Shown here piece after piece: positions 45,459-56,166 of a stretch of DNA of 64,000 nt. The first letter of the stretch is position 1, and the number at the start of each line of letters is the position of its first letter. The notes under the pieces were generated by a model. It was not told the origin of the DNA and ran no database searches. It worked only from the letters and a program-made list of their open reading frames with translations. Source of the DNA: Corallochytrium limacisporum Hawaii (taxonomy: Eukaryota; Protista; Pluriformea). The position numbers and the translations under genes were made by a program. The stretch is taken from contig PDIP01000094.1 of the NCBI GenBank assembly GCA_002811645.1, positions 20,596 to 84,595 on the forward strand, written 5' to 3'.

Positions 45459-47005
45459 GCGCGAAAAGGAATTAAAGATGATGCGCCCCCGAACGCTTAG
45501 AAAATTGGGCGAACGTGTGCGTAATCAAAACGGGATAGAAAAAAAATCATGGGTGCGTGTGTGTGTGTGTGTCTGTGTGTACACAGTTATTTAAGACCTC
45601 GTTCACTGAGGCCCTTTTTCTTTCTTTGTTTCGTACTGCGTTGGGGCTCTTGCTCCTGGGGGGGGGGAGGGGGGAGGGCGATTCGTCTGAGCTAAGTTGG
45701 CAGCGCGCACACGCGCAAGAAAATCGCAGGGGCGTGTGTATCGTCTCCCTCGAAGGATCGGGGCACCAATGGGACAGAACGAAACAGTGGACTGCGCCAA
45801 GGGCTGGCTCCCCTCCCCCGGGGGAGAGCGGGGGGGGGGAAGTGGCATTTCGGGAATGATTAGGAAACGGCAAAAGAAAATCATTGAAATACGCCCTGGC
45901 CAGGGCCTTGCCGAGGTGTTGGGAGGGTCACAGGAATTGATTTCTTTGCTGGTTGTCACCAGTCCTTTGACTGTGCCAAATATTTTGTCCATGTCTTTTT
46001 GTTTTTTTTGGGTTTACTTTTTTTTTTTCGCTTCTTCTTGTTTTACTCTTCTTCTTTTTCAAACCATTCGCGCGCAAGCCCCGCACAGTTTAGAAAAAAA
46101 GAAAGGAAGGGGGAATTTGAGAAGGGGGGAGGGGGGCCGGGGATTTGGGAAAGCTGAGCAAATGAGAAAAGTTCTCTTTGGCATTTGCTTGGTCTTGGGG
46201 CTGCCGCCGCCTTCTCTGTCTCTCTTCTCCTTGTCTCCGTGTGTCTGTCTCTCTGAGCTAAGCCTTCCCCCGAGAGAAGCAAGGGCGACGGAGCTCCTTG
46301 CCGACGGGCCCCACCCTTGGTGCTTAGTATTCCTCGCGCAAGTCCGCAGGCGGTCAAGATTTTCGGTTGTGTATACTTAATGTACTAAGAAATATACGAC
46401 TGGCATTGGCAGCACGCGTAGTTGGATCAGCGCGAAAAATTCAAAGTGCCTCCCTTTAAAACTGGGACGGAGGGCGGAAGCGTAGGTGACGTGGACCGGT
46501 GGTCACCGCGACGAGGACGAGCGCTGCAGCAACGTTGGGAGAATTAAGTCAGACCACGACAGTTGAAATACGGTGGAACGTACCCTTCATAAGATGAGGA
46601 ACTTGGTGGCAAGTCGAGAACGATAAGCACAGATATGTTCCTGATCGGTCTTACAGTTACGAAACGCCGATGGCCACGGGAGGAGGACGGGCGCAGCATT
46701 TTCAGGGTTGGTCATGTTAGTACATGGTGTGTGTGGGCGGTGCCAGCATATCTTGAGGATGAATTCAGAAACCCAGAAAAGGGCTGTAAGCGTGCCTTTC
46801 CCGCATACCCTGATTGGTGACTTTGGCAATTGTGTCCGCAAAGATCGGTAGGATTGGCGGGTTTTTGGCATGCCAACAGGAGTTTGTCAAACTGTGTGCG
46901 TGCGCCTTTCGCGATGTGCGTTATGAAGACCAGTTGTGACTCAGGGTTTGAGTCGAGTCTTGGTTGAGATGTTATTCCACGGTCTTGACGCGCGAAAGAT
47001 TTGAA
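45459..47005. promoter_or_regulatory. Cluster of E2F/SCB-like CGCGAAA sites, CHR-like TTYRAA and one MCB upstream of RNR2
   Basis: GCGCGAAA at 45459, 46430 and 46990; TTTCGCG at 46907; ACGCGT at 46414; TTCAAA at 46440 and TTTGAA at 47000. Confidence 0.45.
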
Positions 47006-48664
47006 AGACACTCTTAGCTCACTGAATTCCCAGCATTTCTTAGAAACTTGAATACTGGTCTGATAGAGCCGAGCCAAGCATTCAGTCCTTGATTTTGGCC
47101 GGGACAAGCCGGAACAATTAATCTCAGACACGCCCTCTGCTCGGGAGTATGTAAGTAGAAGAATACTCTCCGACAGTGAGCCCCCTTCAACAAGTCCCAC
47201 AGTCCAAAGAATACTTAATCCCGCGGAGAGCAGCATCAAATGCTTCCGCTCCGCAGCAATTGAGCAGCTCTTCCCCCGCATCCTTTGGCTTCCCATGACG
47301 GACCAATTCCAGTGCAAAATCTTCACCAATTACACCCGCCAGGATGGTCACAACCGTGCCAGTGAGTCCGTAGTATTGGACACTTTGCGCTTGCACATTG
47401 CGGGCCCAGTCCGGTCAAGTCTCTGACCGGGTGTAATCATCGCATAGGAGCCCGTGAACGATCCGGCGCGGTTTGGAGATGGGAAGGGAGGTGCTGATTC
47501 TTAGATTTGTTACGTGAGAATCAACAAACCCGCTGGCCACCCTCCCCTCCCCTCCCTCTATACTCCCATGTGTGCAAATTGACCCGACGGCGGGGTCAAA
47601 TGTGCAAACGACAATGGCACATAGGTCACTAGAGATAGTTGTGTGAATGAATTATGAACACAATCAGTTCACCAGCGTTGGTACATGAAGCATAAAATTA
47701 TAAAGATCTTATAGCGAAGAACTTTGTTTTCTGGGGTCTTTATTGAAAGTCTTCCCAGGGTCAATCAACCAAGCTTGACGATAACGTAAGTGTAAGAATG
47801 TTTTGCCTCGGATGGAATTACGTAGGAAGGAGAAAGATGAACCAATGTTCTGAGTCTCAATCATGACGACCACGTTCATTCACCACTCATAACCTGACTC
47901 CCCTTACCCAACCGAAATCTTAGTGTAACCCAATGAATATTCATGCTAACCAGCGACTCCGCGCTTCGATTTGTTCTTTCGACTTTCAGCCTGTACAATG
48001 TATACCGAGATCTATAGAATTCATATCCATGGATAGCCACAGGGGTATGACAGCCATCATGGGTCTTTAGTATAAAGAAAATTAAAGAACTTTTGTTTCA
48101 TCATGTGCGTTGGCAGCACAACTACAAGTTGACTTTACCTTCTGCCAAATGTACAAGAGGCATGCCAAGGTATATTAGACATCCGGACAATGTACAATCG
48201 GCCCATTCCTCCCACAGAGCCAATCGACAACCCCCGCTACCCTTTCCTTTTCTTGCGCTATTTTTGCTTTGATAAAGCGTCCGCTTTTTTTCGTTGGCCA
48301 GAACGGCCGCCGCCAGCCTCAAACAAACCTGCTACCCTCCCTATCATCCCCCTCCGTGTACTGTTCACTGTCGACCCCTTCGGACGCGGCCTTCTATCGA
48401 AGGGTCTCGCATTGCCGTCCGGCCCAAAGCAATGCACTGGGTGAGTGAGCGATTTGGACGGTCGGCGATATCATGGACACTCGCAAAGCACCAGATGGCC
48501 AGTGCTACGGGGGTTGGCTTTCTTTCATGACCCTGTTTACGCAGAATATTCCCTTGTTGCTACTCCTATTTGAGGTCTGTGATCAATCAGCCGGGATAGA
48601 CACCGGATAGACTAGAGAATGATCAACAAAAGTGTTCGCTAGGACATTCCGGGAAGAAGCGACC

Positions 48665-49000
48665 ATGGACGGCCTTGAAGAACCCGTGCACTTCATTCCA
48701 GAAGAGGTCACTCATGTTGTGACTGACTGCGTTGAACAGAACCTTGCAAATGTCGCATATCACCACGGAAAGGTCAGCCAGTGGACTTCAAATGTGCTGG
48801 AAGCCACTCTAAAGAAGCTCTCGGGACTGGGAAAGCCGTACAAGTACGTCGTCTCCTGCACTATCATGCAGAAGACTGGTGCCGGGTTACACACGGCCAC
48901 CAGCTGCTACTGGGATTCTGAAACAGACGGAAGTGCAACCATCAGGTGGGAGAACAAGAAAATGTACTGCATAGTCACAGTGTTTGGCCTGGCTATATAA
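48665..49000 (+). CDS. DYNLT1: Dynein light chain Tctex-type 1
   Basis: KPYKYVVSCTIMQKTGAGLHTATSCYWDSETDGSATIRWENKKMYCIVTVFGLAI. ATG at 48665. Confidence 0.97.
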   Translation: MDGLEEPVHFIPEEVTHVVTDCVEQNLANVAYHHGKVSQWTSNVLEATLKKLSGLGKPYKYVVSCTIMQKTGAGLHTATSCYWDSETDGSATIRWENKKMYCIVTVFGLAI

Positions 49001-49584
49001 GTTCAAACCTGAAGTTGCAACCACATTGACATTGGACCGCGTGCGAACTCGTTTCTTCTGCCAAATCCAACAACCTTGAATTTAGCAACACCAAATCAGA
49101 TAATGAAAAGACACCGCCTGCCGTACAATTGTGTCAAAAACAACCGCGATCATCGTCACCCCAACCCCGTGGAGGAGGCGTCCGTACTCACCGCGCTCAT
49201 TTCGTCCCCTCCACTGATAAGTATATTAAACTCAACCCCCTAAAAGCTCTACTTTTGTATCCCGCCGGTGCGTAGGAAATGAGTGGCCGCCCTCCCCCTA
49301 AAAATAGGGCGAGGGTGGGGTCGTCTCGAGTCTTGGGTAGTCTGACAAACGGCTGGACCCGCAAGCCGGAGTTCGGATCAGCGGATCAGCTCTCTCATTT
49401 TGCGCAAGATCCCTCTACGCATAAACAGGCGATCTGATGTTGATGACACACGATTTGTGCTCAGGGTCGTCCACTTTCTGAAAAGGGGCTGGTATCTGAG
49501 TGATTACCATCCACGTCAAAGACATTAGAGGGCGCCTGCGTATGTGTGCAGGCATTGCATGGATGCGTCAGTGTATTCCGTGAG

Positions 49585-52140
49585 ATGGTGAAAGCTGGTG
49601 ACCCTTTCGTAATGATATCGCCGGGCAACGATCGCGTCACCCCGGCGGTGATGCGTAGGTTGTTCATGAACACAAACCTTTCACAGCCCATGGGGACTAA
49701 CTTTCGAACGGCCGAGATCACAGTTAAGCGATTTGCAGACGGCACGAGCAACCCGAGCTACCTGGTGACTGTAGGTGATTGGCCGTGTGTTCTGCGCAAA
49801 CAGCCTACTGGTGAACTACTACCCGGTGCCCACAACCTCCAGCGAGAGTATGAATGTTTGCAGGCCTTATCAGAACAGGGTTTTCCAGTTCCGCATCCGT
49901 ACTATTTCTGCGCGGATAGAAGTTATGTAGGTACTCCGTTCTACCTCATGGAGTACGTCGACGGTGTGGTGCTAAAAGATGTGGCATTGAAGCAGCTGAC
50001 CCCTGCGGAACGGAGGCAGGTACATCGGTCACTGGTGGAGACGCTCGCTCAGCTGCACTCGATCGATGTAGAGAAGAGTGGGCTGGCAAAGCATAAACGT
50101 TCGAAACCATATTTTTTGCGTCAGACAGTAACGTGGATGAAACAGTACGAAGCAAGCGTAAGTGTAGACATGGCGCCATTGGAGATGAAGGAAGTATTTA
50201 ACTATCTACGTGATTTCTTTATCAAGGAAGGTAAATGTAGAAAAGAGACTTTGGTTCATGGGGACTGTAAGATCGACAACGTCATCTTCGACCCAAAGAC
50301 CTACCGCATCAGGGCTGTTATCGACTGGGAGCTGATCACTGTTGGGGATCCACTGGCTGAGTTGGCCTATTTGACGGTTCCATGGATTGCACCCTATGGT
50401 GGCCGAGGATTAGTTGCATCCATCGGGAACGATCCAATCAAAGACGGCATCCCTACCCTTGAACAGATCCTCACCATGTACGAAAGCAAGATCCAAGCCT
50501 GTCAGAGCGGGCCAGCGGTCCCTGAACTGCCTGCTCAGTTAAAGGTGGAACATGCAATCTATGGCCTGTTCCGCACCGCTAGCATTATGCGCTGCATTAG
50601 TGCGCGTGTAGAGAAGAGATTTCTGATCCAGAGGGGCATGCTGAACCCGGACGATCCCGTCCCAACAGATATCACATCCGTTCCAGACGAATACTACCAC
50701 TGGGGCGAATGTATTGCGTTCGCCAACAGTGCCAAGGCACTGATGGATTGGTACACGCATCGATCTCAGGCCGAGCACCTTAAGGTTCTTGAAGCCTTTC
50801 CTAGCAAACCTCAAGAGGTCCGTGCTGGAATCCTGCGGGAGCGCCTGCGGCGGTTTATGCGCGAGCATATCTACCCAAACGAAGCGCGCTATGAACACGA
50901 AGCCGAAGCATTTGTGGACGGACTCGTGCCGGTCCTAGAAGAACTAAAACAGAAGGCCAAGTCTGAAGGGCTTTGGAACCTCTTTGTGCCAGACACGAGT
51001 GGTCTGACTCACTACGAGTATGCAACCATGTCAGAGATTATGGGTTACAATCTCTGGGCGGCTGAAGTCTTTAACTGTCAGTTTCCGGATACAGGAAACA
51101 TGGAGACATTGATGAAATTTGCCAATGATTGGCAGAAGGAACGCTGGCTTAAGCCATTGCTGGAGGGCGAGGCGCGTAGTAGCTTTGTTATGACGGAACC
51201 GCGCGTGGCCAGCAGCGACGCGACTAACGTGGAAACTTCAATTGAGTGTATAAATGACACATTGGTCATCAACGGCCTGAAGTGGTGGATCACTGGAGGT
51301 GCGGATCCTCGCAACAATGTCTTCCTCATTCTTGGACGAAATGGCAGTGGCATGGATCAGCTGGCCAACGAAATGGCGAGGAATGCACCTTCGTCTAGTG
51401 CCCATGGTCAGCACTCCATAGTCATTGTGCCAAAGAACACGCCCGGCATAAGCCTTGAGCGAGAATGTCGCATTTTCGGCTACATGGGCGAGAATGGTGG
51501 TCATTGGGTTGTGAACCTCAATAATGTCCGCGTTCCGAAGGAATTTCTGCTGGGTGAAGTAGGTGCTGGCTTCCGTATGGCACAGGTTAGGCTTGGACCA
51601 GGCCGAATGCATCACTGCATGCGCACACTTGGTCTTGCAGAGAGGGCAGTTGAAATGATGGTCAACCGTACTTTAACACGAGATGTGTTTGGCGGCCCCA
51701 TGGCCAATCAGGATAACATTAAGCGTCAAGTCGCAGAGGCACGCATGGCCTTGGAACAGGCACGTGGCATCACACTACGTGCCGCGGAGGAAATGGACCG
51801 CGTAGGCGATAAGGATAGTCGCCAATTCATCTCCCTGGTGAAAGTGGCGGTGCCCAGACTAGTCATGAAAATCATCGACGATGCAATCCAAGTCCACGGC
51901 GGTGCTGGCGTCTGTCAGGACACGCTTCTGCCCCAATTCTACGCCCGCACACGCAGTGTGTGTTTCATGGACGGTCCAGACGCTGTCCATTTGGAGACAG
52001 TGGCCAAGATGGAGTATCGCAACCAACGTGCGAAGGGCCCGTCGCTCGGACAGTACCATTTCCTGCAGAACCATGTACTAGGACCTGACACAGAAGGATC
52101 TGGCTACGGCAAGCCGGATAGAGTCAGGGGCAAGTTGTAG
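49585..52140 (+). CDS. ACAD11: ACAD10/11-like bifunctional protein (APH-kinase domain + acyl-CoA dehydrogenase), C-terminal GKL
   Basis: SNPSY, VLRKQP, GTPFYLMEYVDG, LVHGDCKIDNVIF, VIDWEL, then GLWNLF, PDTGNME, MTEPRVASSDATN, RLGPGRMHHCMR, DGPDAVH. First ATG at 49585. Confidence 0.92.
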   Translation: MVKAGDPFVMISPGNDRVTPAVMRRLFMNTNLSQPMGTNFRTAEITVKRFADGTSNPSYLVTVGDWPCVLRKQPTGELLPGAHNLQREYECLQALSEQGFPVPHPYYFCADRSYVGTPFYLMEYVDGVVLKDVALKQLTPAERRQVHRSLVETLAQLHSIDVEKSGLAKHKRSKPYFLRQTVTWMKQYEASVSVDMAPLEMKEVFNYLRDFFIKEGKCRKETLVHGDCKIDNVIFDPKTYRIRAVIDWELITVGDPLAELAYLTVPWIAPYGGRGLVASIGNDPIKDGIPTLEQILTMYESKIQACQSGPAVPELPAQLKVEHAIYGLFRTASIMRCISARVEKRFLIQRGMLNPDDPVPTDITSVPDEYYHWGECIAFANSAKALMDWYTHRSQAEHLKVLEAFPSKPQEVRAGILRERLRRFMREHIYPNEARYEHEAEAFVDGLVPVLEELKQKAKSEGLWNLFVPDTSGLTHYEYATMSEIMGYNLWAAEVFNCQFPDTGNMETLMKFANDWQKERWLKPLLEGEARSSFVMTEPRVASSDATNVETSIECINDTLVINGLKWWITGGADPRNNVFLILGRNGSGMDQLANEMARNAPSSSAHGQHSIVIVPKNTPGISLERECRIFGYMGENGGHWVVNLNNVRVPKEFLLGEVGAGFRMAQVRLGPGRMHHCMRTLGLAERAVEMMVNRTLTRDVFGGPMANQDNIKRQVAEARMALEQARGITLRAAEEMDRVGDKDSRQFISLVKVAVPRLVMKIIDDAIQVHGGAGVCQDTLLPQFYARTRSVCFMDGPDAVHLETVAKMEYRNQRAKGPSLGQYHFLQNHVLGPDTEGSGYGKPDRVRGKL

Positions 52141-52523
52141 TGTTCATTATAGACAGTATATTTAGATCAAAAGCGTTACTACTCGGACCTCATCAGTGCT
52201 TCAGGAGACGCCTTTCGCACCAGCCAATGGATTTTGGTACTCTCCCTCCCCTCAGGCCGGGGAAGGATCGGCGGTAGCGGTGGCCCTAACTGGACGTCCG
52301 GCTCGGCGGCTCCTCCAGCTTGGTTGTGGTACCAAAGGAAGAGTGGTTGAGATACTACCGTCAGTAATAAATGTGTAGTCTGCACTACATGGCCCATGTG
52401 AAGATCACAGGAAACTAAGAGTAGAACGAGAAACACAGCAAATGACGGAGTTATCGCCCGTGTTGTTTAGAACATAATGTGAGGAAAACGAGGCGACGCT
52501 ACGACAAGACAAGAATCGAAAAC

Positions 52524-54272
52524 ATGTTCAGCTGCGATACATTCGCAGTGCGTGGCAGTGCCATCAGTGAAGATGACATAGTTCTGATTTTTGGTAAGAA
52601 TAGTGACCGACACATGAACGAGGAACACGAGGTCTTACTCTGTGATGGATCCGAGAACGGCCGATACGACACCCAGGGTGAGATTCGCTGCACGTACCGG
52701 ACGGTGCCGGAGCGAGTAGATCACAACGGTACACGTAAAGCACCGTACAGAACTCTGGTCTGTAAACCCAAATGGATGTGGGGAGCAGAAATGGGAGCAA
52801 ATGAGCACGGCTTGGTAATGGGTAACGAAGCTGTCTTCACAACAGAACCGGAGGTCACAGACGGTGCAGCGGCGAAAGTACTGACGGGCATGGATCTGCT
52901 GCGCTTGGCAATTGAACGGGCGAAAACTGCGAAGCAAGCGGTGCAGACCATAGTCGATCTTTTGGTTGAATACGGACAGGGAGGAGACTGTGGGTTCCCT
53001 GCAAATGGACACCATTTCTATTACCATAATAGCTACTTGATCGCGGACTCGGACTGTGAGTTCTGGGTGCTGGAGACCGCAGGGAAAGAGTACGCGGCGA
53101 AACGGCTGGACCCTGAGACAGTACAGGTTAAGGCCATTTCCAATGCTCTTCACCTTACCACAAACAACGACCTGGAATCCCCGGGTGCGAAAGGTAAAAA
53201 CTTCGCGGGGACGTTCCTGCGCTGGACCGAAAGTTTCGGAGGACAGGGGTACTGGCGCCAGACCCGGGCAGAATGCCGGCTACACACTCTTCTAGAAACG
53301 TCCCAGTCCCTGCGTGCATCATTTACGGCCGTGCCGTCTAGCCTCAATGCCGTGCTGGCCACCATGCGAGACCACCAGCCAAGTCCTGGTGCTTCCCTAC
53401 TTTCGCCATTCTCGCTCTCCCTGCAGGCACAGAGGCAGGCGGCCACTGGCGAAGATGGACCCGGCGATGCGTACGATCCGAGGGACGGACCACTGACCAA
53501 AACGATCTGTTGTCACCAGACCAAGTCACTGCCTGGTCTACCGATCCGCAGTTCGCAGACTACTGGAGCATTGATATCCGTTCTGCTCAAGAATGGACGG
53601 ATGGTACACTACGTAACCTCGAGTGCTGCCCCTTGCTGCAGTGTTTTCAAACCAATCTTCATCCCGAAGGAAGACGAAGACTTCCAGGCACTCCAGAAGA
53701 TCTTGCTGGACTACGCATACCCACCAGTGGCATCGACTTCTTCAGGTAGCAAAGATAAACCATTGACTCTATGGCAAGAAATGGAAGAAGTCCACCGTGC
53801 CATAATGCTTGATTTCCATCACCGCATGGCCATCTACGCCACCGCCACCCGGGATATGGAGACGGATTACATTGTCAACTCCATGGCCCTGGCCCGGTCG
53901 TCACCGCAGCTGCTTGCGTCCTATACGCCGTCTCCAATGGCATCGCCGAAGCGGGGACAGTCGAATCAGCTGCGATCGATCTCTCCGGGACCGCTAACCC
54001 CGCGCACGAAACACGCGCGCTCTCTACACGACTCGCTGCGCAGTCTTTGCGAAGAATCCTGGTCCGTATCGCGAAGCGTTTCGCTAGAGGTCCTCGACCG
54101 ACTTTATGGCGAGGCCATTGTCAGTCCTCCCTCTGCGGCGTACTTGGGCTATATTCGGGACCGTTGCAAAGAGATTGGCATCACTCTTCACGAACAGTGC
54201 GGTAAACAGGAGGATGAGAACCAGGTCAATCCAAGGGGCATCCTCAAGGATCCCATGACATACTTCTACTAG
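52524..54272 (+). CDS. SCRN: Secernin / peptidase C69 family Ntn-hydrolase
   Basis: MFSCDTF nucleophile Cys, IFGKNSDR, KPKWMWGAEMGANEHGLVMGNEAV, GMDLLRLAIER, YGQGG, WVLETAG, SVFKP. Confidence 0.93.
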   Translation: MFSCDTFAVRGSAISEDDIVLIFGKNSDRHMNEEHEVLLCDGSENGRYDTQGEIRCTYRTVPERVDHNGTRKAPYRTLVCKPKWMWGAEMGANEHGLVMGNEAVFTTEPEVTDGAAAKVLTGMDLLRLAIERAKTAKQAVQTIVDLLVEYGQGGDCGFPANGHHFYYHNSYLIADSDCEFWVLETAGKEYAAKRLDPETVQVKAISNALHLTTNNDLESPGAKGKNFAGTFLRWTESFGGQGYWRQTRAECRLHTLLETSQSLRASFTAVPSSLNAVLATMRDHQPSPGASLLSPFSLSLQAQRQAATGEDGPGDAYDPRDGPLTKTICCHQTKSLPGLPIRSSQTTGALISVLLKNGRMVHYVTSSAAPCCSVFKPIFIPKEDEDFQALQKILLDYAYPPVASTSSGSKDKPLTLWQEMEEVHRAIMLDFHHRMAIYATATRDMETDYIVNSMALARSSPQLLASYTPSPMASPKRGQSNQLRSISPGPLTPRTKHARSLHDSLRSLCEESWSVSRSVSLEVLDRLYGEAIVSPPSAAYLGYIRDRCKEIGITLHEQCGKQEDENQVNPRGILKDPMTYFY

Positions 54273-54387
54273 ATCCGTTCGTTGTAAAAAGAATCGCACT
54301 TTCTCTCTTTGTATTTTTTAGTTTCTTGATTCCGTATGTTGACAAGTGCTTGTGTTGACAAATACCAAACTCTCCTTGCCCAGCTGC

Positions 54388-56166
54388 TCACCGCTGACGC
54401 AAGACGGGAATAATGATCGCGGCGACGAGAGCCAAAGTCGTCATCGCACCGTAGACAATGCTCCGTCCACTCGGGAGCGCGCGCTCCACCGCACTTGCAC
54501 CGATGGGTATGTGGGGAATGACGTCGCTCTCCGGTTCGACGCTGCGGTATTTGGAATCCTTGGTCCGGCGAAGGCTCTGCATGACCTCTTGTGCAGCACG
54601 TTCGCCACTCTCAACCGCGCCATCCATGTATCCAGCCCACATTTTGGCAGTTTCCGTGCCGGCAAAGTGGCACGGTCCCAACGGCTGTCGCATGATGTCA
54701 AAGAAATTCTTCATTTGTCCCGCGGCAAACACACCCGTGTAGCAGCCTGCGCTCCATTCCTCACTGGACCAATCATTTTCGCCGTAGCCAACGTTGACCA
54801 GGGCTTTGTCGTTGCCAAAGACCTTCGCGTAGTGCTTCTTCAGGTGCTCTTCGCGCTGCATAACCGTCATGGCCGCCACTTCACGCGCATCGTTGGCCAC
54901 CACGAAGCCCATGAGGCAGTAAACATCCTCTTCTTCACGACAGTCATCAAAAGATACTTGAATGGGACCCTCCGGGCAGATGGTCAAACCGGACAAGCCC
55001 AGATCACGCCACCAGGGTTCAGAGTAGTACATATGGGTCTTGATGATCGAGCCCAACGGCTGGCGGTGACGCAGTTGGTTTCGATTCGCCGGCAATGGCG
55101 GGCTGAACGTCATCTTGCTGAGCATAGAAGGAGGCAGGGCAAAGATGACACGCTTGGCCTTGATCATGCGGCCGTCCTTAAGCGTCAGTTCGACACTGAA
55201 TTTGTCGGCCCCTGCGGCGGAGCTCTTTTGGCCCTGCGCAGATCCTAGGTCCTCTGCGCTTTCCATGCTGCCAGAGTCACTTACATTGTCACGGGGCGTG
55301 CCGACTGGACGAAGGTGTTCACTGCTGCTGCCGTCCATTCCGTTAATGGTCACGTGGTGAACTGGGCTGTTGAGCAAGATCTTGTCACGACCAATAGAAT
55401 CGGCCAAAGCCTCACTGATACGGTAGCTGCCCCCACGGAACTTGCGTTCCTGGGCACCCCTCTCCGTTTCCGTCAGACGCTCGACACAGTCGCCTGAGGA
55501 CACATACCACAGCCACTGCAGAAGACTGATTTCGCAAGGCTCCACACAGAAGAGGGTACGGATCAGCACATCGACGAGAGCCTTTGCATCAGCGCTCAAC
55601 ATTTCCGAGTTTTTCCACTCTTCCATGGTGATCCTGTCCCATTCTGCGGCACGGGGGTGGCGGTTCGGGTCGAGAGTCTCAATCTCGCTCGCCAGCGCGT
55701 TGGATTTGCAGATAAAATAGTTAATGTCGATGAGTCCAAGAGGATTTAGCCCGGGAATGCCACCGCTGAAGGTCGAGTTCCGGGAGCCAGGCAGGGCAAG
55801 CAGATTCTGGCCTTTAATGTAGACGTGACGGGTGTCGATACCGAAGCGTTTCGCCTGGCGCAGGATCCGATCCTGTAGAGGCCCCACGTAGCCCGCACCA
55901 GCATCAAAGTAGACCTCCCGGGCGTCGGATTCCTTTAGGTCGGTACTGGTTTTGACTCCCGGGACGGGGATCTTGGCCAAGCCACATTTGGTTCGGCCAC
56001 CGACGCGGTCACGGGCTTCGATCACAACCAGGTTGTCAACGTTCGAGTCCTTGAGCAGCTGAGCCGCGCTTAAGCCTGAGAGGCCGCCTCCGATGATGGC
56101 CACATCAACCTCGGCTACGCAGCTCTCAGGCAAGGCAACGATGGTCTTCTTTGACGATGAAAACAT
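54388..56166 (-). CDS. MAO: Flavin monoamine oxidase (MAO-A/B-like) with C-terminal membrane anchor
   Basis: IIGGGLSGL, EARDRVGGR, GAGYVGPLQ, GAQERKF, EEWSAGCY (covalent-FAD Cys motif), FAGTETA..WAGYMDGAVESGERAA, hydrophobic tail then RQR. Confidence 0.92.
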   Translation of the reverse strand: MFSSSKKTIVALPESCVAEVDVAIIGGGLSGLSAAQLLKDSNVDNLVVIEARDRVGGRTKCGLAKIPVPGVKTSTDLKESDAREVYFDAGAGYVGPLQDRILRQAKRFGIDTRHVYIKGQNLLALPGSRNSTFSGGIPGLNPLGLIDINYFICKSNALASEIETLDPNRHPRAAEWDRITMEEWKNSEMLSADAKALVDVLIRTLFCVEPCEISLLQWLWYVSSGDCVERLTETERGAQERKFRGGSYRISEALADSIGRDKILLNSPVHHVTINGMDGSSSEHLRPVGTPRDNVSDSGSMESAEDLGSAQGQKSSAAGADKFSVELTLKDGRMIKAKRVIFALPPSMLSKMTFSPPLPANRNQLRHRQPLGSIIKTHMYYSEPWWRDLGLSGLTICPEGPIQVSFDDCREEEDVYCLMGFVVANDAREVAAMTVMQREEHLKKHYAKVFGNDKALVNVGYGENDWSSEEWSAGCYTGVFAAGQMKNFFDIMRQPLGPCHFAGTETAKMWAGYMDGAVESGERAAQEVMQSLRRTKDSKYRSVEPESDVIPHIPIGASAVERALPSGRSIVYGAMTTLALVAAIIIPVLRQR

